Origin: an uncultured Gammaproteobacteria bacterium | Lineage (GTDB): Bacteria > Patescibacteriota > Microgenomatia > UBA8517 | Direction: 5' to 3' | NCBI GenBank assembly: GCA_964488535.1 | Contig: CAZAUT010000006.1 | Span: 1-52,572, forward strand | Length of the DNA: 52,572 nucleotides | Shown: piece after piece, positions 1-8,791 of the stretch | Numbering within the stretch: position 1 is the first letter of the stretch | How the letters are laid out: every line of letters starts with the position of its first letter | Made by a program: the position numbers and the translations under genes | The notes under the pieces: model-generated | What the model was told of the DNA's origin: nothing | What the model saw: the letters and a program-made list of their open reading frames with translations, nothing else | The model's database searches: none

Positions 1-287
1 GTACGAGCGTTTTCCGCTCTTTTTTTAAGAACTATTATGCCGTCCCCACCAAGACCGCGGCTGGGTTTGAGGGCAAAAGCGTCGGGAAGCGTCTCCCAAT
101 TAAAATCAAAAACGTCTCCTGGATTCCTAAACCTCTTGATGATCTTTGGAGTCGGAACGCCGGCATGCTTTAACACACGCCACGTCTGAATTTTCGAATC
201 GGCAACCTTCTTACCCGCTCGCGTATTAAAGCGGTACGAATACTCCTGCGTACGGGAATTAAGACCCAATATATTAGACAGCTTCAT
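1..287 (-). CDS. ATP-grasp protein, alpha-L-glutamate-ligase-like (RimK-related); N-terminal 95 aa only, gene runs off the left edge
   Basis: Absent from the ORF track because there is no stop in the window. The reverse complement from ATG 287-285 reads MKLSNILGLNSRTQEYSYRFNTRAGKKVADSKIQTWRVLKHAGVPTPKIIKRFRNPGDVFDFNWETLPDAFALKPSRGLGGDGIIVLKK, open to position 1. The pattern matches the N-terminus of the ATP-grasp family that partners with 7TM/transglutaminase-type membrane proteins. Confidence 0.55.
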   Translation of the reverse strand, partial: MKLSNILGLNSRTQEYSYRFNTRAGKKVADSKIQTWRVLKHAGVPTPKIIKRFRNPGDVFDFNWETLPDAFALKPSRGLGGDGIIVLKKRAENAR

Positions 288-356
288 ATTAAAAAGGTAA
301 AAAAAGTAGAATTAGTAGAATTAGTAAAATCAGGAATTTTTATCCCTAATATTCTT
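288..356. repeat. Intergenic word-stutter array (gtagaatta words)
   Basis: The string aaaaagtagaattagtagaattagtaaaatc lies directly upstream of the ATP-grasp start. The string aaaaagtagaattagtagaat recurs at about 37293-37313. Confidence 0.8.
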
Positions 357-433
357 GTTCTACCCGTTCTACCTGTTCTACTTGTTCTACCTGTTCTACT
401 TGTTCTACCTGTTCTACTTGTTCTACCTGTTCT
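357..433. repeat. Tandem repeat, 9-bp period, about 8.5 copies (gttctacNN)
   Basis: The sequence reads gttctac-cc/ct/tt repeated. It overlaps the TAG stop of the 7TM gene and fills the spacer before the ATP-grasp gene. It also explains the spurious RTGRTSRTG ORF at 284..499. Confidence 0.95.
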
Positions 434-1424
434 GGATGAGTTTTCTAAACCTCCAGAGTTCCATTTCGCGAAGACCGGCATACCGTCCCATGACAACATC
501 GACGATCAAAATGATCAGAAGAAATGCCTCGGGATGAAGAAGGGCGTACTCCTGAACGGGTGTATAGGTCATAAAAAGATACGATATAATTGATAAAATT
601 ATTGTCTCAGAAGTTAGCCGTACCGCCGTTTTTACGCTCTTTCCGAGTTGTATTCTTATAAAATCCTCCGTCAGTAGTGCCAATATCAATACGGCGAAAT
701 TGGAAACGTTGGTAAGTCCCGGAAATCTGAACACCGGAGTCAAAAATAAAATTGATAAGACACCCACCGATACCGTCCATAAAATAAGCGCCATCCTCGG
801 AAGATATTGAAGCTTTATTTTAAAACGCCTGAGAGCCATTCTTGTTGCTGTTGATATCGCAACTATCATCAAAAATAAAAAGATGCCAACGGCAGGACCG
901 GTTGCCACAAAAACAACAGCTAAAGATGCGGGAAGAAATATTCCAAAACCCCGAAGACCAATAAGCTGCCTTGTTGCAGCAATGACTGTGGCAATCAAGG
1001 GAAGAAGAAGAATAAGAACAAGGGTATTGACGGGCACTCCCGCTTCAACCGACTTTCTTATGGCAATTTTTATAAAGTTGAAAGGAAACACGCTTTCAAC
1101 ACTTTGGCCGTCCAGAAGTTTTTCTAAAGGTTCAATTGTTTTTTCGCTTTTTTGTGTCAGATCGGGCCGTTCTTCAGCTACAATCGTGGGTTTAGCTGAA
1201 ACGTGCGCGGAGGGTGAGGCGGTTGCAGAAATGGTTGGTGTTGTTGTTACCGCAAAGACGGATGGTATGTCAAAAATACCACCCGATATCAATAACAATT
1301 TGAGCAAAATGACAAAAATGACACCAAGATTCCAGATCCGTTCATTGCATTCACTCACCCGAATGACGGACTTTATGAATAATCTTTTCGGAGCCACAAA
1401 AAGCACACCTTTTGTAATTTTCAT
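423..1424 (-). CDS. Polytopic membrane protein, 7TM type usually paired with the ATP-grasp ligase-like gene
   Basis: 333-aa ORF with an N-terminal anchor, a Thr/Ala/Ser-rich linker, then about 7 hydrophobic helices (GIFLPASLAVVFVATGPAVGIFLFLMIV..., LLTEDFIRIQLGKS). It sits immediately upstream of, and co-oriented with, the ATP-grasp gene. Confidence 0.55.
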   Translation of the reverse strand: MKITKGVLFVAPKRLFIKSVIRVSECNERIWNLGVIFVILLKLLLISGGIFDIPSVFAVTTTPTISATASPSAHVSAKPTIVAEERPDLTQKSEKTIEPLEKLLDGQSVESVFPFNFIKIAIRKSVEAGVPVNTLVLILLLPLIATVIAATRQLIGLRGFGIFLPASLAVVFVATGPAVGIFLFLMIVAISTATRMALRRFKIKLQYLPRMALILWTVSVGVLSILFLTPVFRFPGLTNVSNFAVLILALLTEDFIRIQLGKSVKTAVRLTSETIILSIISYLFMTYTPVQEYALLHPEAFLLIILIVDVVMGRYAGLREMELWRFRKLIQNR

Positions 1425-1595
1425 AAGGGAAAAGTATATGACGGAAATCTATTGTATTATACCAAAATCTACGCTTGCAAGCGAGAAGAGGAGGAAAATA
1501 TTAAGATATTAAGATATAAAGATACAAAACCATTGAGTGATTAAGAAGTAACGGGTGGCGGGTAACAGTTAACCATTAACCATTGACCGTTGTCG

Positions 1596-4301
1596 TCACG
1601 GGGGAACTTCCTGCCATGAAGTCGCACGGAGTCTGAAAAACGGCGGGAATGCCATGACCTGCTCGGGGCCGTACATAAAATATTCACCCGGATATAAAAG
1701 ATTATCTTCTTTCATATCCCTGCCAAGATCGAAACTGTTTGCGGATACCGCTCCCCTGATATGCAGATTAAGGTCTTTGCTTCCGTCCGTAAAATGACCG
1801 CTGTGAAACACCCCGTCGGTATGAAATATTCCCTCAAGGTCAGGAGATCCAGTAAGGAGCTGCGCATATCCGATCGCGGGGTCCACCGAAATGTCGCCTT
1901 CGGAAATAAGAAGAAAGGACGATCTTCCTCTGATCAGAGGTCTTATTCTTCCTTTGATTGTAATATCCGCATTGTCGATCAAAAGAATAAGCCTCGTGTC
2001 CAAAGGAATGGTATCATTTGCGGTATTTGTCAAAGAAAAGTCACCTATGGTTGTTCCATCGTAGTAACACACCTTATAGCCTCTTGAGAGGGTACAGTTA
2101 CTGATTAGCGAGGAAAGTTCCATTGTATTTGAGGAAATCGTATACATCGAACTTTCGACATCATCGGGAAGCTTTTTTTCATAATAAAGGCTGAAGCTCG
2201 ACGACGGACGGGTGCTGAAAGAGGCCTGGGAACTCAATTTCGAAAGAGAAACGTCCTGACCATTAAGATCCAGAGAGTAAGAATAGATCAAAAGCCCTAT
2301 AGGGTCATCTATTCCTCCCCTTATGAGAGTGAAAGCGGGAGTGGCATCGGGAATCTGTGATGAAACAGAAGACTTTGAAACAACGTTTCCCCCGCCCGCC
2401 TGCCACCAAAGAGGGACGGTAACATTAAACGTCACACTGCTTGCTCCTCCGCAACTTATGTCTTTAGGGTGCAACTCTAGCGGTAGATTTTCCGGAGTGC
2501 ATTCATGAACGCCGTAGTTTTGAGACCTGCAGAAAATTGTAAAACTGTCGCCGGGAGTAAGTCCAAGACCGGAAGGATCAACGGTCACAGTTCCGGTACA
2601 GGTAGAATTATTCCCGCAGGTGTTTGAGCCTAATGAAATAATGCTTCCGTCTGGTGTCTCTATACCGACCGAATATCTGTTGTCAATCTGGTAATTTGAC
2701 GAAAGCCATCCGGGAGTTGCGCTGTCAAAATTCCACAAAAAACCCGATGTGTCAGATGGAATAGGCACCGACGAAGCGATATTATAAACGACAGTCTCGC
2801 CAATCGGAACGACTTCCGGTCCGCTGACCTGACAATTCGGATACGGAAGATAGTGGAAATCAAGGTTGGCATAGGAAGAAAAACCTGCCAGGTCGATCGT
2901 CTTTGAAGCGCCGGGGGTTATTTTGGGGTAAACGTGGCAAGTTTCGTAATCATCGGTATCATAACAGATTGAATGTCCGGTTTCATAACGGTCTTCCGCT
3001 TGGGCGGTGAAGGTGATACTCCCTGTTTGCTGAACGGTATCATAATAATAAGCGGCATATGGTGACGTGTAATACAAAACGGGCGTGATTGAATTATTTC
3101 CGAAATCAAGAATATCCGCGAGATTTGTGCTTTGCTGGGAGGAATAATCAGCCGACGAAACAACCCACCTTCTCCCCCGGACAATCTTATTGCAAACGCA
3201 ATCAGAATCATCTTCACAAACAGGCAGCCTGCAAAGCGGAGCAAAAACACCTCCGCCAACGCCAACTACCCTGCATTCGTACGGAGTTTGACAAAAATCA
3301 TTAGCAGGATCGCAGGTTTCGTTACACCCAAGGGGTGAGGGGGTTGGAGTCGGACACAAACAATCGGCATCCTCCAGACAGACTGAGTTTCTGCACAGAC
3401 CTCCAAACATTCCGACTACACATACAAAAGGGTCTTTACAGTCATCGTCAATCAAACAAGCCTGGTTACAGCTCGAAAGAGGTGGTGTTGGCGTAGGTGT
3501 GGATGTAGGCGGTGGTGGTGTAGAAGTGGGAGGAGGTGTAATGTTGGCATTTCGCAGAATAAAATGAAGCTGGTTTTGGGCATCTTTGGCTTTACAAAAA
3601 GCCACAATTCCGTGACCTTTCGTACTCATATACGGATATACACAGTCCTCCGACAGGTTTCCGCTTATATCAAGCCATTGCCACCCGAACGGAAGTCCCG
3701 AGATCCAAATCTCATAACAAGGCTCAAGCACACAACCTGAATCCCCTATCCGGAAATTATACCCGGGTCCGCACCACTCGGGATATGATTGTGACTTGAC
3801 TCCCGTCACCCTGTCGGCGTTGATGACAAGTCCGTCGACAATATTAAGACCGCTGCAGTCACCCGAGGAATTTGCAGTGTTGGTTATTAATTGTCCCGTA
3901 TCGGTATAAACATGGCCTTTAAGGTAGGCATCAACGGTGTAATCACCTTCCTGATAGATAGGTGAAAGACCTGAAACATCGCAACTTCCAAACCAATACC
4001 AAGATCCTGTAAGAATCGAATTGCAATTTCCACAACATGCAGAGTCAGGATAACAACATGTAGAATCTCCAACATTACAGGCATCGCTTCCCGCCTGCAA
4101 ATCACATGCCGCTGAAGCGTCATCATATTCAACACAATTTCCGCCGTCTGCACAACAATTCTGAAAGGAGTCATAGACAGATCCAACAGGACATTTGGCA
4201 CAGGTAATAGTGCCCCCGCAGGTTTGGGCGGAGGAATAATTAAAAAACAAAAAACAATAAACAGAAAACAAAAATAATTGGACAAATATTTTTTTGAACA
4301 T
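1596..4301 (-). CDS. Large secreted cysteine-rich protein with Pro/Thr linkers, function unknown
   Basis: 901-aa ORF with a signal peptide (MFKKIFVQLFLFSVYCFLFFNYSSAQ). It has dense Cys clusters, a PPPTSTPPPPTSTPTPTPP linker and two copies of a small C-x-DDDC/EDxDC disulfide module. Confidence 0.8.
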   Translation of the reverse strand: MFKKIFVQLFLFSVYCFLFFNYSSAQTCGGTITCAKCPVGSVYDSFQNCCADGGNCVEYDDASAACDLQAGSDACNVGDSTCCYPDSACCGNCNSILTGSWYWFGSCDVSGLSPIYQEGDYTVDAYLKGHVYTDTGQLITNTANSSGDCSGLNIVDGLVINADRVTGVKSQSYPEWCGPGYNFRIGDSGCVLEPCYEIWISGLPFGWQWLDISGNLSEDCVYPYMSTKGHGIVAFCKAKDAQNQLHFILRNANITPPPTSTPPPPTSTPTPTPPLSSCNQACLIDDDCKDPFVCVVGMFGGLCRNSVCLEDADCLCPTPTPSPLGCNETCDPANDFCQTPYECRVVGVGGGVFAPLCRLPVCEDDSDCVCNKIVRGRRWVVSSADYSSQQSTNLADILDFGNNSITPVLYYTSPYAAYYYDTVQQTGSITFTAQAEDRYETGHSICYDTDDYETCHVYPKITPGASKTIDLAGFSSYANLDFHYLPYPNCQVSGPEVVPIGETVVYNIASSVPIPSDTSGFLWNFDSATPGWLSSNYQIDNRYSVGIETPDGSIISLGSNTCGNNSTCTGTVTVDPSGLGLTPGDSFTIFCRSQNYGVHECTPENLPLELHPKDISCGGASSVTFNVTVPLWWQAGGGNVVSKSSVSSQIPDATPAFTLIRGGIDDPIGLLIYSYSLDLNGQDVSLSKLSSQASFSTRPSSSFSLYYEKKLPDDVESSMYTISSNTMELSSLISNCTLSRGYKVCYYDGTTIGDFSLTNTANDTIPLDTRLILLIDNADITIKGRIRPLIRGRSSFLLISEGDISVDPAIGYAQLLTGSPDLEGIFHTDGVFHSGHFTDGSKDLNLHIRGAVSANSFDLGRDMKEDNLLYPGEYFMYGPEQVMAFPPFFRLRATSWQEVPP

Positions 4302-4496
4302 GGGATTAAATTATTAAATTGTCAAATTAATATATTGTTATATGGCTATATTGTTGTATTGATATATCATCAATCTATTTGAAATTGGCTGTTGGAAATT
4401 AGAAAATTGTTATTGAAAATTGAAAAAAGAAAATTGTTAACCCGTTTTCCAATTTCCATTCTCCGTTACCATTTTCCATTTTCTTTCAACCAATAT
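4302..4496. repeat. Intergenic word-stutter array
   Basis: Example strings are ttggaaattagaaaattgttattgaaaattgaaaaaagaaaattg and ccaatttccattctccgttaccattttccattttc, made of imperfect 6-12 bp words. Confidence 0.75.
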
Positions 4497-5057
4497 TCAC
4501 TTCTGCCATTCCACCACCCAACCCATATCGGAAAGGTGTTTTTCGCCTCTCCGCCATGCAATTACCGCTTCATCGGATTTTTCCCGGTCGGGAATAAAAA
4601 TCTCCGCCATCAGATTATTGATAAAATTTGAAAGACGAAGGGAAAGAAGGTCTTGATCATCCGAGGTGAAATTTTCAACATTAAAAGAAACGGTAAGGAT
4701 TTGTTTTTCTCCGTCAACACTTGCGTCATAAATAATATTTTTATTGTCGGTATAGGTCTTACCCCTTTTGAAATCAACACCCTCGGAAAAGACAAACTCA
4801 ACCGAGCGGACAGACGACTCTTCTTCGGTAAAGGGGAACTGAATATTCAAATTTCCATCATCTGAACAGTTTGCGAACTTTCTCGTATAACTATCCCATT
4901 TTGTTTTATCCTGTATCCGAAAGTAAAACAGACTGTTTTCATTTGAAACAAAAACACCGCAAATAGGGGATTTTGGATTATTAGAAAAATAAAAATAACA
5001 AAGTACACATAAAACAAAAATTAGAATGAAGAAAATTATCAACGGCAGACGTTTCAT
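4497..5057 (-). CDS. Hypothetical membrane-anchored or secreted protein
   Basis: The start is trimmed to Met50 of the tracked ORF (MKRLPLIIFFILIFVLCVLCYFYFS signal/anchor). The 49 upstream codons are a translation of the stutter array. Confidence 0.6.
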   Translation of the reverse strand: MKRLPLIIFFILIFVLCVLCYFYFSNNPKSPICGVFVSNENSLFYFRIQDKTKWDSYTRKFANCSDDGNLNIQFPFTEEESSVRSVEFVFSEGVDFKRGKTYTDNKNIIYDASVDGEKQILTVSFNVENFTSDDQDLLSLRLSNFINNLMAEIFIPDREKSDEAVIAWRRGEKHLSDMGWVVEWQK

Positions 5058-5250
5058 ACACTTTAATAATAACATGTAGCAAGCAATATGTAGCAAGTAG
5101 CAAGTAGCAAAGAGCCCCACTTCGCTAAAGCTTCGAGGGGCGAGGCAAGCAGAATGTAGAAAGTAGAATGTAAAGTATGGTATGGAGAGAATCAATGGAG
5201 TCAATGAGTCAGTGAATCAAAGGAGTTTAAGGGAATTTAGGGGGGATTAA
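5058..5250. repeat. Intergenic word-stutter array
   Basis: Example strings are gtagcaagcaatatgtagcaagtagcaagtagcaaag, agaatgtagaaagtagaatgtaaagtatggtatgg, atcaatggagtcaatgagtcagtgaatcaa and ttaagggaatttaggggggattaagggggattt. Confidence 0.8.
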
Positions 5251-5338
5251 GGGGGATTTCAGGAGATTCTGAAACCACGTTAAACGTGGCTGATGCAAGT
5301 TCAGAATGACAAAGTGTGTCAGAGGGTGTGAGTAGTTG

Positions 5339-7375
5339 CTAGGGAGTATTTGTAACACAATCAGCTTCGAACCAGTCCCCTTTAAACGCGGGATAGTCGG
5401 AAGTTAAAACGGGTACATCATAACCGTTAGGGTTCAAGGCACCGCTACTTACCGCATAGCAAGCGTCATCTACATATCTGTCATTCGCATAGTCATCAGC
5501 ACATGAGCCGTTACAGGCATAATCCATTATCGCGCGAACCATACTTAACCTCTCCCCATCACATACTTCACCATTCAGATGCCGCTCTTCTATAGTTCTT
5601 AAAACTGCGTTTCTTACTGGACCATACGAGAAATACGCGTTGTATGGTATAATGTTGCCATTGGAATCTTTTGGTCTCATCACCATAACGTCAAGCAAGC
5701 TTTGCGGTGTTTCAAGCACTGCAACCATCCTTCCGTCGGAGGAATTTCTATGGGAGAGTGCCCCATCCATCGCATTAAACAAATCAACAACATTTGCATT
5801 CCTGTCATGTTCAACCTTCACCACAAAATCAACCCCGCTGAAGGAAACACCCTGAACTCCCACATGGCCTTCGGATAAAGCGTGTGGAAGATACCCTTCA
5901 AAATTTGTTCCCTTAAAGTCACCGCCATGGATAAGAACCGGAACAAGCGCAATTTTGTCCTCCTCGGTTAGGTTATTATCGTCAATTAAGTCCTCAAGAC
6001 CTCCACCATAACCGGCTCTCCCCCCCATTTGCCCATGTGACCATTCGACTGCGGAGGCGGCAAGAAATTCACGCGATAAGATTCCATTTTTACCGGAACC
6101 AATTGAAATATTGTTTCCAAATTTGTCAGCATATTCTTTTGAAGTTACAACAAGTGCCGATACTCTTACTTCCTGCCCGTTGACCGATTCTGTATGTGTT
6201 GATTCCCCTGCGTGTTCAAATTCATTCTTTTCGGTATTGAAAACCCATTCAACCATTCCCGTTACTTTGTTTATATGGGTAACATATCTTCCTTTGTCGT
6301 GTCCCACAACTCTGCCTTTGTCAAAACCATTCATTTCGGGAGAGAGTTTCACAAGCACTTCGGGTGTGAATTTTTCCCAATCGGGAGATACCAAAGAGGC
6401 ACTTACTTTTTTCGCTGCCTCACCGCTTCCCTCCAAAACCACTTCGCTTCCATCCCAAGGGGATCTAAGCTTCCACTTCTTACCCTGAGGTATCAACAAA
6501 GGTTCAATCTTTTTTGCACCCGGAACATCACTCTCCAAATTCGGTACCAGCAAACCTATCTGACCTTCGTCCGGCGCACCCTTACGCCCCTGTCCCAGTT
6601 TCCACAAAAAATAAGAATATCCTGTGCCGTCTTCCCTTCCCCATCCTACAGGAAGCATCTCTCCGCTGTCACCCACTCCTGCAATCAGATAGGCTTCGCT
6701 AATTTTTTCCCCGCTTTCGGTTTTTCGTTCATTGATAAAAATGGGCAGTAAACCGGCGACATTTTTAACCTCACTGTCTTGCGCATCGCCGACAACCTCA
6801 AGCATTACAATTGAACCTGACATACCTGAATTTGCCAGCTTGCCGATCAGACTTTCCGCTACTTTGTTCACATCTTTACCTCCCAGCCAGGCCTCATTTT
6901 CATTAACTCCTATCTGAGCAAAAGAAAATTGTCCAAAGGTGCCTGGAAATCTCAACGGCAAATCCGAAGTATCACCTTTATAAATATAAACCTCATTTCC
7001 AATCAAAGGTTCCGGAGTTTGATATTTTTGAACCTCAGGTGTTGGTTGGGGCGTCGGCGGAGCTTTCTGTTCACCCTGAACCGATTCTGTCGGTTTTACC
7101 TGTTCGGATTGACCAGTATCCGCCGTTTCTGGTTTAATTGATTCCGCGGTAGGAGTGTATTGGGGACGTTTGGAATTTTCCTGTGATTCAGGAATAGTTC
7201 CACATCCGGCAAGAATTGCTCCACCAACGGCCGCTGCAGCAATATCCAAAAACTCCCCTCTGGTCATTCCGTAGGCTTGTTCGCATTTTTTTGGAGAAAG
7301 TGAATCTTCCGAAGCATTTACGGACACAGCAACGTCTCGTTCCGTACCACCCCTTTTTTTGGAAAATCGAAACAT
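5339..7375 (-). CDS. Hypothetical exported protein, probable lipoprotein
   Basis: 678-aa ORF with GGGGAG 7 nt upstream of the ATG. The N-terminus MTRGEFLDIAAAAVGGAILAGCGT has a lipobox-like LAGC and a degenerate Tat-like TRGEFL. A Pro/Thr/Glu-rich linker follows, then a large globular region. Confidence 0.75.
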   Translation of the reverse strand: MFRFSKKRGGTERDVAVSVNASEDSLSPKKCEQAYGMTRGEFLDIAAAAVGGAILAGCGTIPESQENSKRPQYTPTAESIKPETADTGQSEQVKPTESVQGEQKAPPTPQPTPEVQKYQTPEPLIGNEVYIYKGDTSDLPLRFPGTFGQFSFAQIGVNENEAWLGGKDVNKVAESLIGKLANSGMSGSIVMLEVVGDAQDSEVKNVAGLLPIFINERKTESGEKISEAYLIAGVGDSGEMLPVGWGREDGTGYSYFLWKLGQGRKGAPDEGQIGLLVPNLESDVPGAKKIEPLLIPQGKKWKLRSPWDGSEVVLEGSGEAAKKVSASLVSPDWEKFTPEVLVKLSPEMNGFDKGRVVGHDKGRYVTHINKVTGMVEWVFNTEKNEFEHAGESTHTESVNGQEVRVSALVVTSKEYADKFGNNISIGSGKNGILSREFLAASAVEWSHGQMGGRAGYGGGLEDLIDDNNLTEEDKIALVPVLIHGGDFKGTNFEGYLPHALSEGHVGVQGVSFSGVDFVVKVEHDRNANVVDLFNAMDGALSHRNSSDGRMVAVLETPQSLLDVMVMRPKDSNGNIIPYNAYFSYGPVRNAVLRTIEERHLNGEVCDGERLSMVRAIMDYACNGSCADDYANDRYVDDACYAVSSGALNPNGYDVPVLTSDYPAFKGDWFEADCVTNTP

Positions 7376-7656
7376 GTATTTACTCCCCTACTTAATCCTA
7401 TATTATATATAGTATTGGGGGAAATTCAAGGAGAGGTGGGGGGATGGGAGGAGAAGAAAGTATAATGTATAACGTATTATGTATTATGGAAAAAAAAGAT
7501 ACTGGGATACTACGATATTAGGATACTAAGAGGAAAATGTATAACGTATTTTGTATGAAGTATGGGAAAAAGAAGGAAAGATAATTAAGTTAATTGAGGA
7601 ATTAGGTTAATTAAGTTGATTAAGGGATTTAGAAGAATAATGAAGATATAAGGATA
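7376..7656. repeat. Intergenic word-stutter array (mosaic)
   Basis: It contains the modules gtataatgtataacgtattatgtattatgg, gatactgggatactacgatattaggatactaag, aggaaaatgtataacgtattttgtat and ataattaagttaattgaggaattaggttaattaagttgattaagg. Confidence 0.85.
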
Positions 7657-7677
7657 TTAGGATACAACGAAGAATTC

Positions 7678-7706
7678 ATTCCTTCTCTTGAATTCCGAGT
7701 AGCCAC
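7678..7706. repeat. 29-bp direct repeat, copy A (duplicate of the HTH gene 3' end)
   Basis: The sequence attccttctcttgaattccgagtagccac is identical to 7816-7844. Confidence 0.95.
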
Positions 7707-7813
7707 CCCACTTCACCTTACTTGCTCCCGAATACTTCGTGTTCGCGTCGCAAGGGCGGTTATGAGGGGCGAGAATACAATTGTGAAAGTTAGTTATATC
7801 TTGAAGTGTTATC

Positions 7814-8029
7814 TTATTCCTTCTCTTGAATTCCGAGTAGCCACAATACGGCTTCTTTTTTGTATCGGCGGTCGCCTCTTGAATTAATGCGGATTGCCGG
7901 AAGTTTTCCCCTCTTCCCCCACCTTTTGATGGTAAGAGGTGAAACACGCAAAACGTCGGCAACTTCACGGACGGTTAATAGATCGGGAAGATCCGAGAGT
8001 TTGATTTTTTTCTTTAAATCGCCTGACAT
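7814..8029 (-). CDS. Excisionase/MerR-type helix-turn-helix DNA-binding protein
   Basis: 71 aa. The segment LLTVREVADVLRVSPLTIKRWGKRGKLPAIRINSRGDRRYKKEAV is the classic excisionase-family HTH pattern. Confidence 0.8.
   Translation of the reverse strand: MSGDLKKKIKLSDLPDLLTVREVADVLRVSPLTIKRWGKRGKLPAIRINSRGDRRYKKEAVLWLLGIQEKE
7816..7844. repeat. 29-bp direct repeat, copy B (true 3' end and stop of the HTH gene)
   Basis: Identical to 7678-7706. It encodes WLLGIQEKE-stop on the minus strand. Confidence 0.95.
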
Positions 8030-8400
8030 AGGAAACGATATTAGGATACTAGGATACTAGGATATATTGGAATATACATTGTTATAGTATTATGCCTAAG
8101 AGTTAACTATCTATAACTCTTCTTACACACAAGGTATCAAAGAGGGACAGTATGTGTCAAGGGGGAAAAGCTCTGGAAAGAGCGATTAAGTTGATTAAGA
8201 TAATTAAGTTAATTAAGAAATTTGGGAGGGAAAAAAGATACGAGGAAAATGTATAACGTATTTTGTATAAAGTATTAAGTATTATGGAGGGAAGGAAAGG
8301 GAAAAAATAAAAAAAGTTGAATAGGTAGAATTGGTAGAACAGGAATATAAGACAGATACTTCAAAGATTGAAGTGATTAAGTGATCTATTAGTTGAATTC
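8030..8400. repeat. Intergenic word-stutter array (mosaic)
   Basis: Example strings are ttaggatactaggatactaggatat, gattaagttgattaagataattaagttaattaag and gaataggtagaattggtagaacagg. The 26-mer aggaaaatgtataacgtattttgtat (8243-8268) is identical to 7531-7556. Confidence 0.85.
8098..8121. promoter_or_regulatory. Inverted repeat aagagtta-N8-taactctt upstream of the HTH gene, possible operator
   Basis: Perfect 8-bp arms lie about 70-90 bp upstream of the HTH start, embedded in otherwise non-palindromic stutter DNA. Confidence 0.25.
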
Positions 8401-8435
8401 AAGAATCCAGATTTGCAATTCAAGAGAGGACTTTT

Positions 8436-8714
8436 TTAATCTAAAGGTTCGTGTACTCCTCCGGGTCCAAGATTATGATCGTCGTCTCCGAAATAATCAT
8501 TTTGCTTTACGCCATTCATTCTATTTCTATTATTATCTCTAACCATCCTGATATGTTCATCCGGTGACATATTTTGAATTCTTTCCGTCCCGGCATTTTC
8601 ATTTGCCATTTCCTCGGCTCTTTCAACCAAATTCGTCCCCTGCCCGTCGTGGAAACCGGAATAATTAACCCCAAATCTGGTATACCACGGCCCCGTAGAC
8701 TTATTATCAACCAT
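8436..8714 (-). CDS. Hypothetical small protein
   Basis: 92-aa ORF that is acidic and Asn/Gly-rich. It has no recognisable motif and no clear SD. Confidence 0.4.
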   Translation of the reverse strand: MVDNKSTGPWYTRFGVNYSGFHDGQGTNLVERAEEMANENAGTERIQNMSPDEHIRMVRDNNRNRMNGVKQNDYFGDDDHNLGPGGVHEPLD

Positions 8715-8791
8715 AATTACACAGAGTATATTTTATCCAAAATTGTGAAGCCAGTTCAAGAAGATGGTTATATCCTCTCAAAAAATTAGAC

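Noticed and set aside
284-499. 71-aa ORF with an RTGRTSRTGRTS peptide repeat, and the overlapping 355..537 plus-strand ORF
   Set aside because: Both are simply translations of the 9-bp tandem repeat in the 7TM / ATP-grasp spacer. They overlap the real 7TM gene end and have no start context.
883-1512. 209-aa plus-strand ORF, and many similar 60-150-aa ORFs nested in or antisense to large genes (for example 2918..3265, 6212..6751, 10547..11011, 16837..17151, 27954..28409, 47904..48347)
   Set aside because: They lie entirely inside longer ORFs that carry clear family motifs or coherent domain structure. Their translations are low-complexity or Cys/Arg-rich in the way typical of antisense frames.
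7376-8435. Stutter arrays considered as CRISPR arrays or MITEs
   Set aside because: There is no constant-length repeat separated by unique spacers, and no terminal inverted repeats or target-site duplications. The units are 6-12 bp, degenerate and directly adjacent. No cas genes are present.
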